From an uncultured virus (IMG/VR IMGVR_UViG_3300005080_000002) (Duplodnaviria > Heunggongvirae > Uroviricota > Caudoviricetes), in IMG/VR virus record IMGVR_UViG_3300005080_000002: a stretch of 37,966 nt of DNA. One strand, 5' to 3'. Positions 26,743-36,626 of this stretch are shown here, piece after piece. The position numbers and the translations under genes were made by a program. Every line of letters begins with the position of its first letter. Positions within the stretch are counted from its first letter, which is position 1. The notes under the pieces are model-generated. The model was not told the origin of the DNA. It was given only the letters and a program-made list of their open reading frames with translations, and did no database searches.

Positions 26743-26752
26743 GGAAGTTCCT

Positions 26753-27748
26753 ATGAAATACGTATCTATTGATGCAATGGTCCGCGCCGTCGGCGAGGAA
26801 GAAAACCTTCGCGCAGGTTGGACCAACCTTCATCTGGACCTGCGTACCATGCAGGAGAATACCGAGAAAGCCAAAGCAGAATTCATAGGCAATCTCAATC
26901 CGCGCATTGAGGCCATGCTTCAAGATAAGCAGGTCACCGTCATCGATGAAGATGACGTGTATGATGCCTGGAAAAGGCACGGTCTGTCAGTCCCTGGTAA
27001 CGTCATGACTCCAATGGCCCTGACCACTCCAATGCCGGATGGCAGTCACGTTATCTTGTTTAACAACAAGGGGCTGCGTGATCAGGGGCCAGTCGAGTTG
27101 GAACAAGTGACGGTGCATGAGATTACCCACCTTGACCAACTGGTTTCTGGTCGTCTGGTAATATCCGACAAAGAAGTGACCTGGGACGGTAAAGCCTACT
27201 GCTCCGCAACCCATATGCAGCAGACCCTGGTAGGCGAGGGTGTATTTGGTACTGCGTTCTTGCAGTGCTTACTGCCCTGGGAGTTGGAAGCGTATGAGGC
27301 CGCGTATAGCCACGCGGTTGAATATGATGTCGATTCGAGTAACCGTCGTCTTGGCGTGGTGCTGGCAGCAGCGCGAGCTTACCACAGGTGGCGAGAAAAC
27401 GCCATCGTCCCATGTTGTGACGTTACCTATGACAACCAGGTACTTTCGCCGTATGGTCAAACCAGAATGTCGATCGTACCGCGGGAGGTGCTGCGCAACG
27501 CGCTCCTTAGCGACGTAACGGACATGGCCCACGAACTTGGTCTGTCGGTGGATATCCTCGGCCGGGAAATTATGCATCCATTCCTGACCATGGATATGGA
27601 AGCTATCTTTCGCATAGTCTTGGGCTATGCACAGTTCGACAGTAAAACAACCGGCTTCTTCACCAAGTTCTTTAATGCCTTTACTAGCGACGTCTTCGAC
27701 GACCGTACCAACTGCATTATCCGCCAACTGGTGGATGCAGACAAATAA
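26753..27748 (+). CDS. Putative zinc metallopeptidase (HExxH), 331 aa
   Basis: Start reassigned to ATG 26753; TVHEITHLDQ plus downstream LPWELEAY. Confidence 0.75.
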   Translation: MKYVSIDAMVRAVGEEENLRAGWTNLHLDLRTMQENTEKAKAEFIGNLNPRIEAMLQDKQVTVIDEDDVYDAWKRHGLSVPGNVMTPMALTTPMPDGSHVILFNNKGLRDQGPVELEQVTVHEITHLDQLVSGRLVISDKEVTWDGKAYCSATHMQQTLVGEGVFGTAFLQCLLPWELEAYEAAYSHAVEYDVDSSNRRLGVVLAAARAYHRWRENAIVPCCDVTYDNQVLSPYGQTRMSIVPREVLRNALLSDVTDMAHELGLSVDILGREIMHPFLTMDMEAIFRIVLGYAQFDSKTTGFFTKFFNAFTSDVFDDRTNCIIRQLVDADK

Positions 27749-27753
27749 GAAAG

Positions 27754-27777
27754 AGAGGGTCCTGCCCTCTTTTTTTT
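27754..27777 (+). terminator. Intrinsic terminator
   Basis: AGAGGG-TCCTG-CCCTCT followed by a T-run. Confidence 0.75.
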
Positions 27778-27872
27778 GTGTTTTGTCACTTTAGTTCCGA
27801 AATACTATGTAGCTATCACTACAACGTTGACTTAGGTCGGCGTCTCAATAATCAACGCTAAACGGTGGAAAC

Positions 27873-28673
27873 ATGTCGATTCTCGATATTACCCATGAGC
27901 GTTTTGTAAAGGCTGTTAACGTAGCCAATAACACTACGCTGACTTTAGCAGATGCTGTTTTTTCTCGCGCTCGGGAAAACGGCTCTGCTATCCATCCAGG
28001 CGATTCCCTCATCCGCATCAAGTCACGCGATGACCGTAAACTGATCGGCAGTACGATCTGCGGCTACAACCGGATTAAGATTCCAGTGATCCACGCGGCG
28101 CTCGGCGGCGTCATTGCGTGTCCGGCCGAAGCCGTTACGTTGGCACAGATCATCCCCTACCTCTACATCAATTATGGTATTCGTACCAGCGCTGATGAGT
28201 TTGTGGATGCAAGTGCCGAAGATGCTGGCGAAGGTAATCGTAAGATTACCCTGACTGCCAAAGTCGACTCCGCTTTCTTCACGGAAAGTGCCGAGTTCTC
28301 GCTTGTCAATTGCCCTGCTGAAGATGTTGCTGTTTTCTATGACGGTAGTGCACACACTGAAGATGACGGCCGGTCCTTTGCCGAGACGTATAAATGGATT
28401 TTGAACGCAACTAGCGAGAAGGCTATCGTTAGCACTATCACTACTGCGACCGTCGACTTTAAGGCACTGTCTGAAGCACTGACGCGACTGACCGGCAATC
28501 AGTGGGAGTGGGAGAGCGCGGCCCAATATAGCCTCAAAGGGGCTGTCGTGCGCCGTGCCGGTCTCACCGACGCATTGTGGGGTACGAACAAGTCGTACGC
28601 CTACGCCATCGTCGTAGAGCTGTCTTCGGCCTGTACTGGTCTTCAGGGCAACCTGTACATCCACTTCAACTGA
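27873..28673 (+). CDS. Tail-fibre-like paralogue (N plus C domain)
   Basis: GYNRIKI motif; C-terminus YSLKGAVV...ACTGLQGNLYIHFN; close to 30925-31794. Confidence 0.7.
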   Translation: MSILDITHERFVKAVNVANNTTLTLADAVFSRARENGSAIHPGDSLIRIKSRDDRKLIGSTICGYNRIKIPVIHAALGGVIACPAEAVTLAQIIPYLYINYGIRTSADEFVDASAEDAGEGNRKITLTAKVDSAFFTESAEFSLVNCPAEDVAVFYDGSAHTEDDGRSFAETYKWILNATSEKAIVSTITTATVDFKALSEALTRLTGNQWEWESAAQYSLKGAVVRRAGLTDALWGTNKSYAYAIVVELSSACTGLQGNLYIHFN

Positions 28674-28683
28674 GGATAAGAAC

Positions 28684-29037
28684 ATGGTTGATTTTGTTTA
28701 CACTCCTCAAGAAGACGCGGTCAATTATCTGTACAACATTGACTTTGCCTCTTCTAAAGAAGTGCTCGAGAGCATCGGCACTGAGCCCAATGAAGACCTT
28801 CAAATCCTGCTCTCCGGCGTAGGCGGTCATCCTTGGGTACTCGAAGGTGTATCTGAATACAGCCTCGAGGGTGCTAAGCGTATCGCCAAAGGCGACGTGG
28901 CTACGCTGCGTGCTGACGGCCTGCGCTGCTGTGACTGGTTTGAAGAGGTCTATGTATTTGCCCTTTCCGAATCCTGCACCGCACTCAAGGGCAACATCGT
29001 ATTCCACTTAGGCCGCAAGGAGGTCGTGAATGAATAA
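28684..29037 (+). CDS. Stand-alone C-terminal domain of the paralogue family
   Basis: 117 aa; YLYNIDF...YSLEGA...SCTALKGNIVFH. Confidence 0.7.
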   Translation: MVDFVYTPQEDAVNYLYNIDFASSKEVLESIGTEPNEDLQILLSGVGGHPWVLEGVSEYSLEGAKRIAKGDVATLRADGLRCCDWFEEVYVFALSESCTALKGNIVFHLGRKEVVNE

Positions 29038-30034
29038 CATGCGCGCCTTCAATGTCCCGCCGGTACGTGCCTTCTGGCAATTCGTACGCGAAGCTAACCC
29101 CGGTCAGCTGAAGTACATCCATCCTGAATATTATACTGTTGTGGGTATTCAGGATCTGGGTGCTACCGCAAACCCGAATACGCTGGTAACACTGCGCGGG
29201 GACAACCTCAAAGTAACCGGCCAGACCAAGATGGCGTATAGCCGTCTGAACCCTAAGAACACGTTCAATAAGTTCGGCGACGTTCTCAAACGTCCTACCG
29301 TACTCGTCCATTGGAAGAACGTTCCGGTCGGCGCTCAAGCCACTACAGTGGGTACGGTGATCGCCAGCCTTAACCGTTCGCTCGGTCTGGCTTTTGACAC
29401 CAGCTCTACCCACAAAGACTTCGACGGTACCAAAGCAGTTACGTTGCCGGTCGACGGCGCCACTGTCGATGTAGACATTCCGGTGTCTATGGCTAACAGC
29501 CTTCGCTTCCGTCCCGATGCGACTAACCCTCTGAAGGTTAAACTGAAGATGGTTGGTTATGAGGTATTTGGCGCTGTCTACGGTCGCGATATCCGCCCAC
29601 TGATGGGTAGCGTGAATGCAATCCCTCTGAACAACGGCGGGCTCATCAACACCACCGACGGTAAGCGCAATGTCAACATGGCGCTCTACAACGTCGAGTT
29701 TGACGATATCTTCTCTGGCCTGGTCTATGAGACAGACATCGCACCCCATGCCGACGCCACTGGGTTTGGCGGTCCTGTGAAGGATCTCATCAATGAACGT
29801 CTCACCCAACTGGGTCTGGATGTTCAAATTACGGATAAGGTAGTTCTTGCAAATGGTGTTGCTCCGCAAGATATCTTCCTGGCTGCCCCGGACAAAACAG
29901 CCGGTGGTAACCCTCGCATGGCAGGCGGCATTGTCGTCGAACAGTCAGCCTTCTCCCAAGGCGTGACCAGTGCGGTTACAGGTAAGATTATTCTCCACCT
30001 GAGAAATAAAGGTTCCTGGGCCGATCCCAGTTAA
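29030..30034 (+). CDS. Tail-fibre-like paralogue
   Basis: 334 aa; NT...G...YSRLNP..FNKFGD; ANSLRF; ends GKIILH. Confidence 0.7.
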   Translation: MNNMRAFNVPPVRAFWQFVREANPGQLKYIHPEYYTVVGIQDLGATANPNTLVTLRGDNLKVTGQTKMAYSRLNPKNTFNKFGDVLKRPTVLVHWKNVPVGAQATTVGTVIASLNRSLGLAFDTSSTHKDFDGTKAVTLPVDGATVDVDIPVSMANSLRFRPDATNPLKVKLKMVGYEVFGAVYGRDIRPLMGSVNAIPLNNGGLINTTDGKRNVNMALYNVEFDDIFSGLVYETDIAPHADATGFGGPVKDLINERLTQLGLDVQITDKVVLANGVAPQDIFLAAPDKTAGGNPRMAGGIVVEQSAFSQGVTSAVTGKIILHLRNKGSWADPS

Positions 30035-30049
30035 TAACAGGAGTCAGTA

Positions 30050-30913
30050 ATGGCATACATTGTTGATTTTAACAAAGCGCCAGACACTCTCCTGCGTGAA
30101 TTGATCAACTACGAGAACTCGATTGACCTGACGGCCGATCAGATCACGTTTGTTAACTTACGCCCTGCAAATAAGCCTGGTTTCAACACCATGGTTGACG
30201 TGTGGTGGAAGTCGACTGCGGATATGGTAGGTAAGGTCACCGTTTCCTTTAACCGTATCGACCTCCCTAACCTGTTCAGTCTGGTTAAGTTGGCCGTGCG
30301 GGAAGTAGACATCAATACGCAGGACGGCCGGCCCGTACTTGACCAAGCGCTGTTTGATGAGATCAGACGGCGTTACAACATTACCTTTGCTATGGACGAT
30401 TACACGTTCACGCCTGGAAAGGGAAAATGGGTCATGTCGGCCGGTGCAGATAACGTTGCCTACCAGGGCACTGTAGATCTGCTGATGGAAGCTTCACTGG
30501 CTTCACGTGCACCGAGCAATATTCTGGATGGCTTCTGGATTCTTCCGCCAGACGATATCGGTTATTTCTTGACCGAAGAGTACGTCGGTGATCCGTTCTA
30601 TCCGGTGCAAATCCCACGTGGGATGATCAGTGCCGAGATGGTAACGCGCTCCATCGACTGTACCGATTTCAAATCGTTCCTGGCCCTTGATACCGTTAAC
30701 AACGTATTCAAGGCCGCGAGCTGGCCCACGCTGGTCAGCACTTACCTCGCTCCGCTTGGTATCCCGCCCTTCGAGAACGTTGGGCCGATTGTCGATCTCC
30801 CGACCTCGAGCGTGCCTGGCTCGTTGCCTGGCTACAACCGAGTCGTGGTTATCGAGAACGTCGTATCAGAGACCATGGCAGGTCGCGCACTCTTCCATTA
30901 CAACACGATTTAA
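30050..30913 (+). CDS. Tail-fibre-like paralogue
   Basis: 287 aa; LINYEN, FNRIDL, ILDGF; ends GRALFHYN. Confidence 0.7.
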   Translation: MAYIVDFNKAPDTLLRELINYENSIDLTADQITFVNLRPANKPGFNTMVDVWWKSTADMVGKVTVSFNRIDLPNLFSLVKLAVREVDINTQDGRPVLDQALFDEIRRRYNITFAMDDYTFTPGKGKWVMSAGADNVAYQGTVDLLMEASLASRAPSNILDGFWILPPDDIGYFLTEEYVGDPFYPVQIPRGMISAEMVTRSIDCTDFKSFLALDTVNNVFKAASWPTLVSTYLAPLGIPPFENVGPIVDLPTSSVPGSLPGYNRVVVIENVVSETMAGRALFHYNTI

Positions 30914-30924
30914 CGAGGTAACAA

Positions 30925-31794
30925 ATGGCAATTATGACTGCAACCCTGGCTGGTATCGTCACTGCGATCAACGCCAAGAACCCGACCCTGGGGCTGACCA
31001 TGGCCGAAGCCACCTATTCCAAGCCGCGTGCTAACGACGATACTTGGGAAGGCGAGTTGCTCTCCGGCAACACCCTGATGCGTGTTACTCCGAACGAAAC
31101 CTCCAAGTACAGCGGCACTACGCTGATCGGTTACGACCGTCTGGACGTAGGCGTGCTGGGTGCCCTGCTGGGCGGTAAGATCTCCCTGCCGGAGACTCTG
31201 ACCAACTCCATCGAAGCTATCCCGTACTTCGATAGCCTCTATGCTATCCAGGCCCACCCGGAAGACTTCGAGCTGACCCAGCTGACCGACAACGGCGATG
31301 GTACCCGTTCCATGGTGCTGACTGCCAAGGCTGATGCTATCGCGTGGCTGGGCGGTACTTCCACCACCTTCACCGTGCGTGCGGCTCCGGTACCGATCGC
31401 TAACGTCATCACCACTACCGTACTGGATGGCTACAAGTACATCTCCGACAGCGTGAAGGGTTTCGCTGAAACCTATTCCTACCCGATCGACTTTACTGCC
31501 CAGTTCGATACGCTGTCCCTGATTACCGACCAGACCACCGACTTCACTGGTCTGGCTGCTGCCCTGGCCTCCGCCACTGGCGAAGCATGGGTTGCCTCCG
31601 GTGCTGGCAAGTTCACTCTGGAAGGGGCCGTAGTCACTCACGCCGGTATCAACGAAGAAGAGTGGCCGACCAACCAGTCCTACAAGTACGCAATCCTGGT
31701 ACAGCTGGGCGCTGCCTGTGAAAACCTCGAAGGTACCATGGTGATCCACTACAACGATCCGGTTGAAACTTTCAACCCTGGCACCGTTGATTAA
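30925..31794 (+). CDS. Tail-fibre-like paralogue with strong codon bias
   Basis: 289 aa; GYDRLDV, VLDGY, YSYPIDFT, ACENLEGTMVIHYN. Confidence 0.72.
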   Translation: MAIMTATLAGIVTAINAKNPTLGLTMAEATYSKPRANDDTWEGELLSGNTLMRVTPNETSKYSGTTLIGYDRLDVGVLGALLGGKISLPETLTNSIEAIPYFDSLYAIQAHPEDFELTQLTDNGDGTRSMVLTAKADAIAWLGGTSTTFTVRAAPVPIANVITTTVLDGYKYISDSVKGFAETYSYPIDFTAQFDTLSLITDQTTDFTGLAAALASATGEAWVASGAGKFTLEGAVVTHAGINEEEWPTNQSYKYAILVQLGAACENLEGTMVIHYNDPVETFNPGTVD

Positions 31795-31824
31795 TCGCCT
31801 ATCTCAATAACCTAGAAGGAAAGA

Positions 31825-32142
31825 ATGATGGCACAGCCTAAGCGCGCGTTTAACTACCTGTATCGTTACGACTTCACCAAACATGCTGAGTTCCTCAAGA
31901 GCCAGCCTGTTGGCGAACAGCCGTCCGACGAGCTGGTAGCATTGCTCAAAGAAACCACTGGCGATGACTGGAACAAGACTTCTCTGGAAGGCTTCTCCCT
32001 GGTCGACGCAGTTGTCGAGTACAACGGTCTGAATGACAAGACTTATAAGCTGACCAACAGCCGCTATAAGCACATCCTGACCATCAAACTCGGTAGCACC
32101 TGCACCGAACTGCGTGATCGGATGTATTTCCATTACAACTGA
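31825..32142 (+). CDS. Stand-alone C-terminal domain of the paralogue family
   Basis: 105 aa; YLYRYDFT...FSLVDAVVEYNG...TCTELRDRMYFHYN. Confidence 0.72.
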   Translation: MMAQPKRAFNYLYRYDFTKHAEFLKSQPVGEQPSDELVALLKETTGDDWNKTSLEGFSLVDAVVEYNGLNDKTYKLTNSRYKHILTIKLGSTCTELRDRMYFHYN

Positions 32143-32173
32143 TTAACGGTTGCCAATCGTCTTTGATACCAAC

Positions 32174-32210
32174 GTTAGTAGCTGGCGCATGCCAGCTACT
32201 AACTATTTTT
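32174..32210 (+). terminator. Long-stem terminator or processing hairpin inside the array
   Basis: GTTAGTAGCTGGC-GCAT-GCCAGCTACTAAC (13-bp stem) followed by TATTTTT. Confidence 0.75.
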
Positions 32211-32223
32211 AAAGGAGCACAAA

Positions 32224-33228
32224 ATGTTAACCGGTTCCACTAATCCCATCGATGACATCATTGCGATGGTAGCGACTGCTAACGGGAAACCCGAGCTCAA
32301 GCCCGGCATGCTTATTCCGTACAAGCTTGCCATTGCTTCCGACCCGACCGATGGTAATACGGTAATTAGCGTATATGGTAACCCCGACGCCGGCATCCAG
32401 GGAGCTATGCAGCTAAAGTATGATCGTCAAGAACTTACTCGTATTTATAACGAGTACGGCGACGTCACACGTAAGCCCGCAATTTCACTGTCTGGCCAGC
32501 CGGGTGGGAAAGTAAAGTTTTTTTCACTTCTGCCCCAAATTAAAGCAGCTCTGGGCGTAGAGATTATTACCGACGGCAGTTGGGCCGATGCTGGGGATTT
32601 TGACATCACAATCCCCAATAAAGATCAATACCAGGAGTTCGCGATTGTTATTGCTGCGAATAGCTTGCAATACGTGCCTGGTAAAAACCCAGTATTGCGT
32701 TTGCTTAATACTGGGATAACCATTGGTACGGTTGCCATTGATCGTGTCCTTGAACCGTATCTGCGCGCAAACCGTACGCTTGTGTTGAATGGTCCAGCCT
32801 ACAACGTAGACACTGAACAACGTCTGATACCTGCAATAGTTTTACGTAGCCATGACTTCACTAACGTGTGTCTGCGGCCGCTTGGCGAAATCCTCCGTCG
32901 TCACGACTTCTATGTCGCTAACCGTAACTGGACAAACTGGTACTTCCAAGACGCCTTCGTTGATAAGGTCAACGCAGCGCTGGCAGAGATTACCGGTGTT
33001 CCTGGTAACATGCCGAAGGGACAAGTCTTACGTTCTTGGGGTCCGGATCTTTATTACGATAACTTTACCCATGAAAAGGTCTGGGCAACGGTTGCAAAGG
33101 TAGCCACCGCATACAGTATCGAGAACGTTAACCGCAATATGTTTACGCATGCTTTGACGGTTAATATTCCCAACGCCGCCGGTTTCCTTGGCACGCAATT
33201 GTATCTACCCTATAACCAGTTCAGCTGA
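32224..33228 (+). CDS. Tail-fibre-like paralogue
   Basis: 334 aa; YDRQEL..YNEYGD, QI..ALG, ANSLQY; ends LYLPYN. Confidence 0.7.
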   Translation: MLTGSTNPIDDIIAMVATANGKPELKPGMLIPYKLAIASDPTDGNTVISVYGNPDAGIQGAMQLKYDRQELTRIYNEYGDVTRKPAISLSGQPGGKVKFFSLLPQIKAALGVEIITDGSWADAGDFDITIPNKDQYQEFAIVIAANSLQYVPGKNPVLRLLNTGITIGTVAIDRVLEPYLRANRTLVLNGPAYNVDTEQRLIPAIVLRSHDFTNVCLRPLGEILRRHDFYVANRNWTNWYFQDAFVDKVNAALAEITGVPGNMPKGQVLRSWGPDLYYDNFTHEKVWATVAKVATAYSIENVNRNMFTHALTVNIPNAAGFLGTQLYLPYNQFS

Positions 33229-33273
33229 TGAACTTAAGTTGGGGAGATCAAACATCATCATAGGGAGCTATGT

Positions 33274-34344
33274 ATGCAAACGATTGACAACCTGCTCCAG
33301 GAAGATGACCCGGTAGATATGGTGCTGGCTGAGCTTTTTAGTCAGCATCCTAATCTGGCCACCTTTCCAGCAGGTACTTTTACGGTTAGTAAAATCAAAC
33401 CGTACGCGGGCTCTCGTAACACGGAGGCTGTGATTACAGCCTCCGTAGTCGCCGGCATTAAAGGTAAGACATCGATCTTTTATGACCGTGCTGACCTTGG
33501 GCGCGTTTTTAACAGCTTTGGCGATACTACTATCATTCCTGCTGTTTACATTGCTGCTGATGTTGGCAGTGTACTCTCCGTCAATGACATCCTCGACCAG
33601 CTGAACAATGCTCTGGGGATTAAGCTTAAGACCACCGGCAGCTTTTTAGACGTTACGTCTTTCAATTTTACTGCGGCTGCCAAAGGCGACATGACGGTCA
33701 TTCAGCTCAGTGGTAAAGCTGGTACCGCTGATGGGACACCGCCGGTATCTGCGCGTATATTGCCAGGCAAACCGATTCGGCTGGAAATCCACAACCGTGG
33801 TAGTCACATCAACAAGAAAGCGATCAATCGCAGTATCACTCCGTTTATCAAGACGGATGGTAGCCTTAATTGGGGCGGGGAAACTATCTATGTGGCCGCC
33901 CCGAAGAAATCGCTACTTCTTGCACTGCGCACTACTGACTTTAGCGACATCTTCAACAGTATGTCGTCAGGGTCATGGCTGTATTATGCAGGCTATGGTT
34001 TCTCGGTTCATAAGTGGCTGTTCAATGCGGAGCTTAGCGCCGCTATCAAAGCACGCTGCGTAGAACTCGACATTCCGGTAATTGACTTCTCAGTGGCGCA
34101 GCAAACTGGCCGGGCTGCGACTGGTCAGGCACAAATGGAAGGGTTGGTATTTAGGCTTACTAGCAACTATCCGGGCGATACTGCCGTAAGTCGTAGATAT
34201 ACCAAAGCTGTTACACTGGGTGACTCGTTTACTGCAATCAGCTCCCCAGTAGGTCAGACTGCCATAGTTAAGCCTAGCATCGAGGCTCGCCTTGACTGGG
34301 CTACTGACTTTAACAACTATCCGATCCACTTCAACACGGTCTAA
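33274..34344 (+). CDS. Tail-fibre-like paralogue
   Basis: 356 aa; GSRNTE, FYDRADLG, PFIKTDG; ends YPIHFN. Confidence 0.7.
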   Translation: MQTIDNLLQEDDPVDMVLAELFSQHPNLATFPAGTFTVSKIKPYAGSRNTEAVITASVVAGIKGKTSIFYDRADLGRVFNSFGDTTIIPAVYIAADVGSVLSVNDILDQLNNALGIKLKTTGSFLDVTSFNFTAAAKGDMTVIQLSGKAGTADGTPPVSARILPGKPIRLEIHNRGSHINKKAINRSITPFIKTDGSLNWGGETIYVAAPKKSLLLALRTTDFSDIFNSMSSGSWLYYAGYGFSVHKWLFNAELSAAIKARCVELDIPVIDFSVAQQTGRAATGQAQMEGLVFRLTSNYPGDTAVSRRYTKAVTLGDSFTAISSPVGQTAIVKPSIEARLDWATDFNNYPIHFNTV

Positions 34345-34354
34345 GGTGTAAGCC

Positions 34355-35461
34355 ATGGCTAATGTAAAAAGCATCTTTGAGGAAGCCACGCCGCTGGACG
34401 CTGTGTGGAACGCAATCATTGAAAAGAACCCAGATCTTGCAAAGTATGGTAAGAATGCATTTACCGTACTGAAGATCTTCCCAGCTACCGGGAGCCGCAA
34501 TACCGAAGTGCGTATGGTTGGTAATGGTAACGTAGGCATTGAGGGGATTATATCCGCGTTCTATGATCGTGCTGACCTCGGTAAATTAAATAAAACCTTT
34601 GGGGCACGGAAGCCTACGATTAACGTCGCTATGGCCCAAGGGACCGTCCTGACGTATGCAAGCCTCCTCCCGCAAATCAACGCCCTCTTGGGTTACAACC
34701 TGACGCTGGATGGCAAGTGGCCCGACATTCAGGCCGGTTCAGTGACGGTCCCTGCTCGCGGTGGGAAGGTTTCCTTTACACTGCAAAGCGTACCATCTGC
34801 CAGTGGCGGGTTCTATCCGGCATCGGCGAGGACGCTGCCAGGTACGTCGCTGTCAATTGACCTGGTAAACCGTGGCCAGACTATCAATAATGGCGCCTCT
34901 AACCGTTCGATCAATCCGTTTGTTAAGGCTGACGGTAACTTGAACTGGACGGGCGAGACCGTCTCTGCCGATAAGACCAAGACCCTGAAGTCGTTACTGG
35001 TTAAAATTTACAACGTCGACTTCTCTGACCTTGTCAATGAAGTTACTGAGCGTAGTAATATTTATCAGTGGGGTCTTGCGCCGGACCGCACGCACTGGAT
35101 TTGGTACATTCGTCAGGCGCTGGCCGACGGTATCAAGAAACGTTGCCAGGATTTGGATATACCGATTATTGATATTGGTAACCCGGCCAAGCAATCCGGA
35201 TGGTCTTTGGAATTGGAGCCCCAGCTCCCAACGCACGCCTATAAATTCTACGACAGCATTTTTAGGACGGTGTCTTCGTTGGGCGCAGTGCCTTGGGCAA
35301 ACCCTAGATTTACAAAATGTATCTTGACCGCAGACTCGTTCAAGAACATCTACGGTTTCCCAGTCGCAAGTTATTATCTGCCCACTCCAGGCAAGGTAGA
35401 AGCAAAGGAAGGCTGGGCTACTAGCCTGGCTAACTATCCGATCAACTACAACCTGCCGTAA
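34355..35461 (+). CDS. Tail-fibre-like paralogue
   Basis: 368 aa; GSRNTE, FYDRADLG, INPFVKADG; ends YPINYN; closest to 33274-34344. Confidence 0.7.
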   Translation: MANVKSIFEEATPLDAVWNAIIEKNPDLAKYGKNAFTVLKIFPATGSRNTEVRMVGNGNVGIEGIISAFYDRADLGKLNKTFGARKPTINVAMAQGTVLTYASLLPQINALLGYNLTLDGKWPDIQAGSVTVPARGGKVSFTLQSVPSASGGFYPASARTLPGTSLSIDLVNRGQTINNGASNRSINPFVKADGNLNWTGETVSADKTKTLKSLLVKIYNVDFSDLVNEVTERSNIYQWGLAPDRTHWIWYIRQALADGIKKRCQDLDIPIIDIGNPAKQSGWSLELEPQLPTHAYKFYDSIFRTVSSLGAVPWANPRFTKCILTADSFKNIYGFPVASYYLPTPGKVEAKEGWATSLANYPINYNLP

Positions 35462-35467
35462 TGAATG

Positions 35468-35493
35468 GGAGAGGCTACGGCCTCTCCTCTTTT
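35468..35493 (+). terminator. Intrinsic terminator
   Basis: GGAGAGGC-TACG-GCCTCTCC followed by TCTTTT. Confidence 0.85.
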
Positions 35494-35527
35494 ATGCCGT
35501 GATCTTATGTAACATAAGGAGAGAGCA

Positions 35528-36607
35528 ATGAAAATCCCCCTATCGAACGTCGAGCCTCTGGCCGAGATCATGGCTATGCTCAAGGAAGAAAACCCGCTGC
35601 TTGATACGTCAGCGATATCTGCTTACAAGATGACCGCTGGTACTTCGCGCAATACCACACTGTATCTGATAGGCTCTAGTATAGCCGGTATTGCTGGTCG
35701 CCTGACAGTCGATTACGATCGACTGAATCCGGCTGACGTATTCAGTAAGTTTGGCGACCTTACCAAACATCGACCCCTGCGTCTTTACGGCGTCCCTGGT
35801 ACCACGATTAAGATCAGTGACGTGTTGGATCAGATCAACGATCTGCTCGGCATCAAACTGACCATGACCGGCCAGTTCCGCGATATCATCGATAGTACAT
35901 TTGTCCTTCCGGCTAAGAACTCTTCGATCGTTGTGGATATCCTGCCGTACGTTTCAGCTACCGGCCAGCTCCCGCTGAACCTTCGTATTATGCCGACAGC
36001 AAAACTGTCGCTTAATGTCAAGAGCGGCGGTAGTCAACTGGTGGGTCTCAACAAAGTGATCAACCCGTTTGTTAAAGCGGATAAGACCATCAACTGGACA
36101 CTGTCTCCACGCCCAGTGTCGGAAATGTCTGCTTCTCGCGACCTGCTTTTGTACCAGCAGGACTTCACCGAGTTCTTTGGTAATACTGCACTCATCCGCT
36201 CATGCACTAACGGTGCGGCTGGCGTCGCCCTTCAGCGTAGTCTGTTCGGCTATACATTCAACGATGCCCTCGTTGATAAGCTGAACGTGATTTTCAACAT
36301 GCTCGGCGTCACCCCGCTAGTTAAAGGACAAATCCATTTTGCTCATAAACTCTCCTCGACCAGTCTTCTGGATGTGTCCGGTACTGTAGGCAATGGCCGG
36401 GGGCCAGTCTGGGGCGCTGCCTCGTATTTTGTAACCACTAGCGAATATACTCGCGTTCCACCGGCCCATGTCAGTCCAGACTTCGACCGTGTATTCAAGG
36501 TTATACCGCCCGGATACGCTGCCGGCAAGTCTCCTGACGACCAGCCGGTCTTTGACACCCTGCCAGAAGCAGAGAGGCTCATCTACTTGCCGTTTAACTT
36601 ATTGTAA
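35528..36607 (+). CDS. Tail-fibre-like paralogue
   Basis: 359 aa; YDRLNP..FSKFGDLTKHRP, NPFVKADKTINWT; ends IYLPFN. Confidence 0.72.
   Translation: MKIPLSNVEPLAEIMAMLKEENPLLDTSAISAYKMTAGTSRNTTLYLIGSSIAGIAGRLTVDYDRLNPADVFSKFGDLTKHRPLRLYGVPGTTIKISDVLDQINDLLGIKLTMTGQFRDIIDSTFVLPAKNSSIVVDILPYVSATGQLPLNLRIMPTAKLSLNVKSGGSQLVGLNKVINPFVKADKTINWTLSPRPVSEMSASRDLLLYQQDFTEFFGNTALIRSCTNGAAGVALQRSLFGYTFNDALVDKLNVIFNMLGVTPLVKGQIHFAHKLSSTSLLDVSGTVGNGRGPVWGAASYFVTTSEYTRVPPAHVSPDFDRVFKVIPPGYAAGKSPDDQPVFDTLPEAERLIYLPFNLL
36065..36099 (+). repeat. 35-bp exact direct repeat, copy 1
   Basis: CCGTTTGTTAAAGCGGATAAGACCATCAACTGGAC, identical to 37164-37198. Confidence 0.95.
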
Positions 36608-36626
36608 TTGATTAGGGGAATATCTG

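Noticed and set aside
6191..26752. ORF-track starts at 6191, 9956, 20347, 20434, 24591, 26252 and 26618
   Set aside because: Most overlap neighbouring genes or promoters; downstream ATGs (6248, 10019, 20386, 20356, 24663, 26294, 26753) fit better, mostly with a clear RBS.
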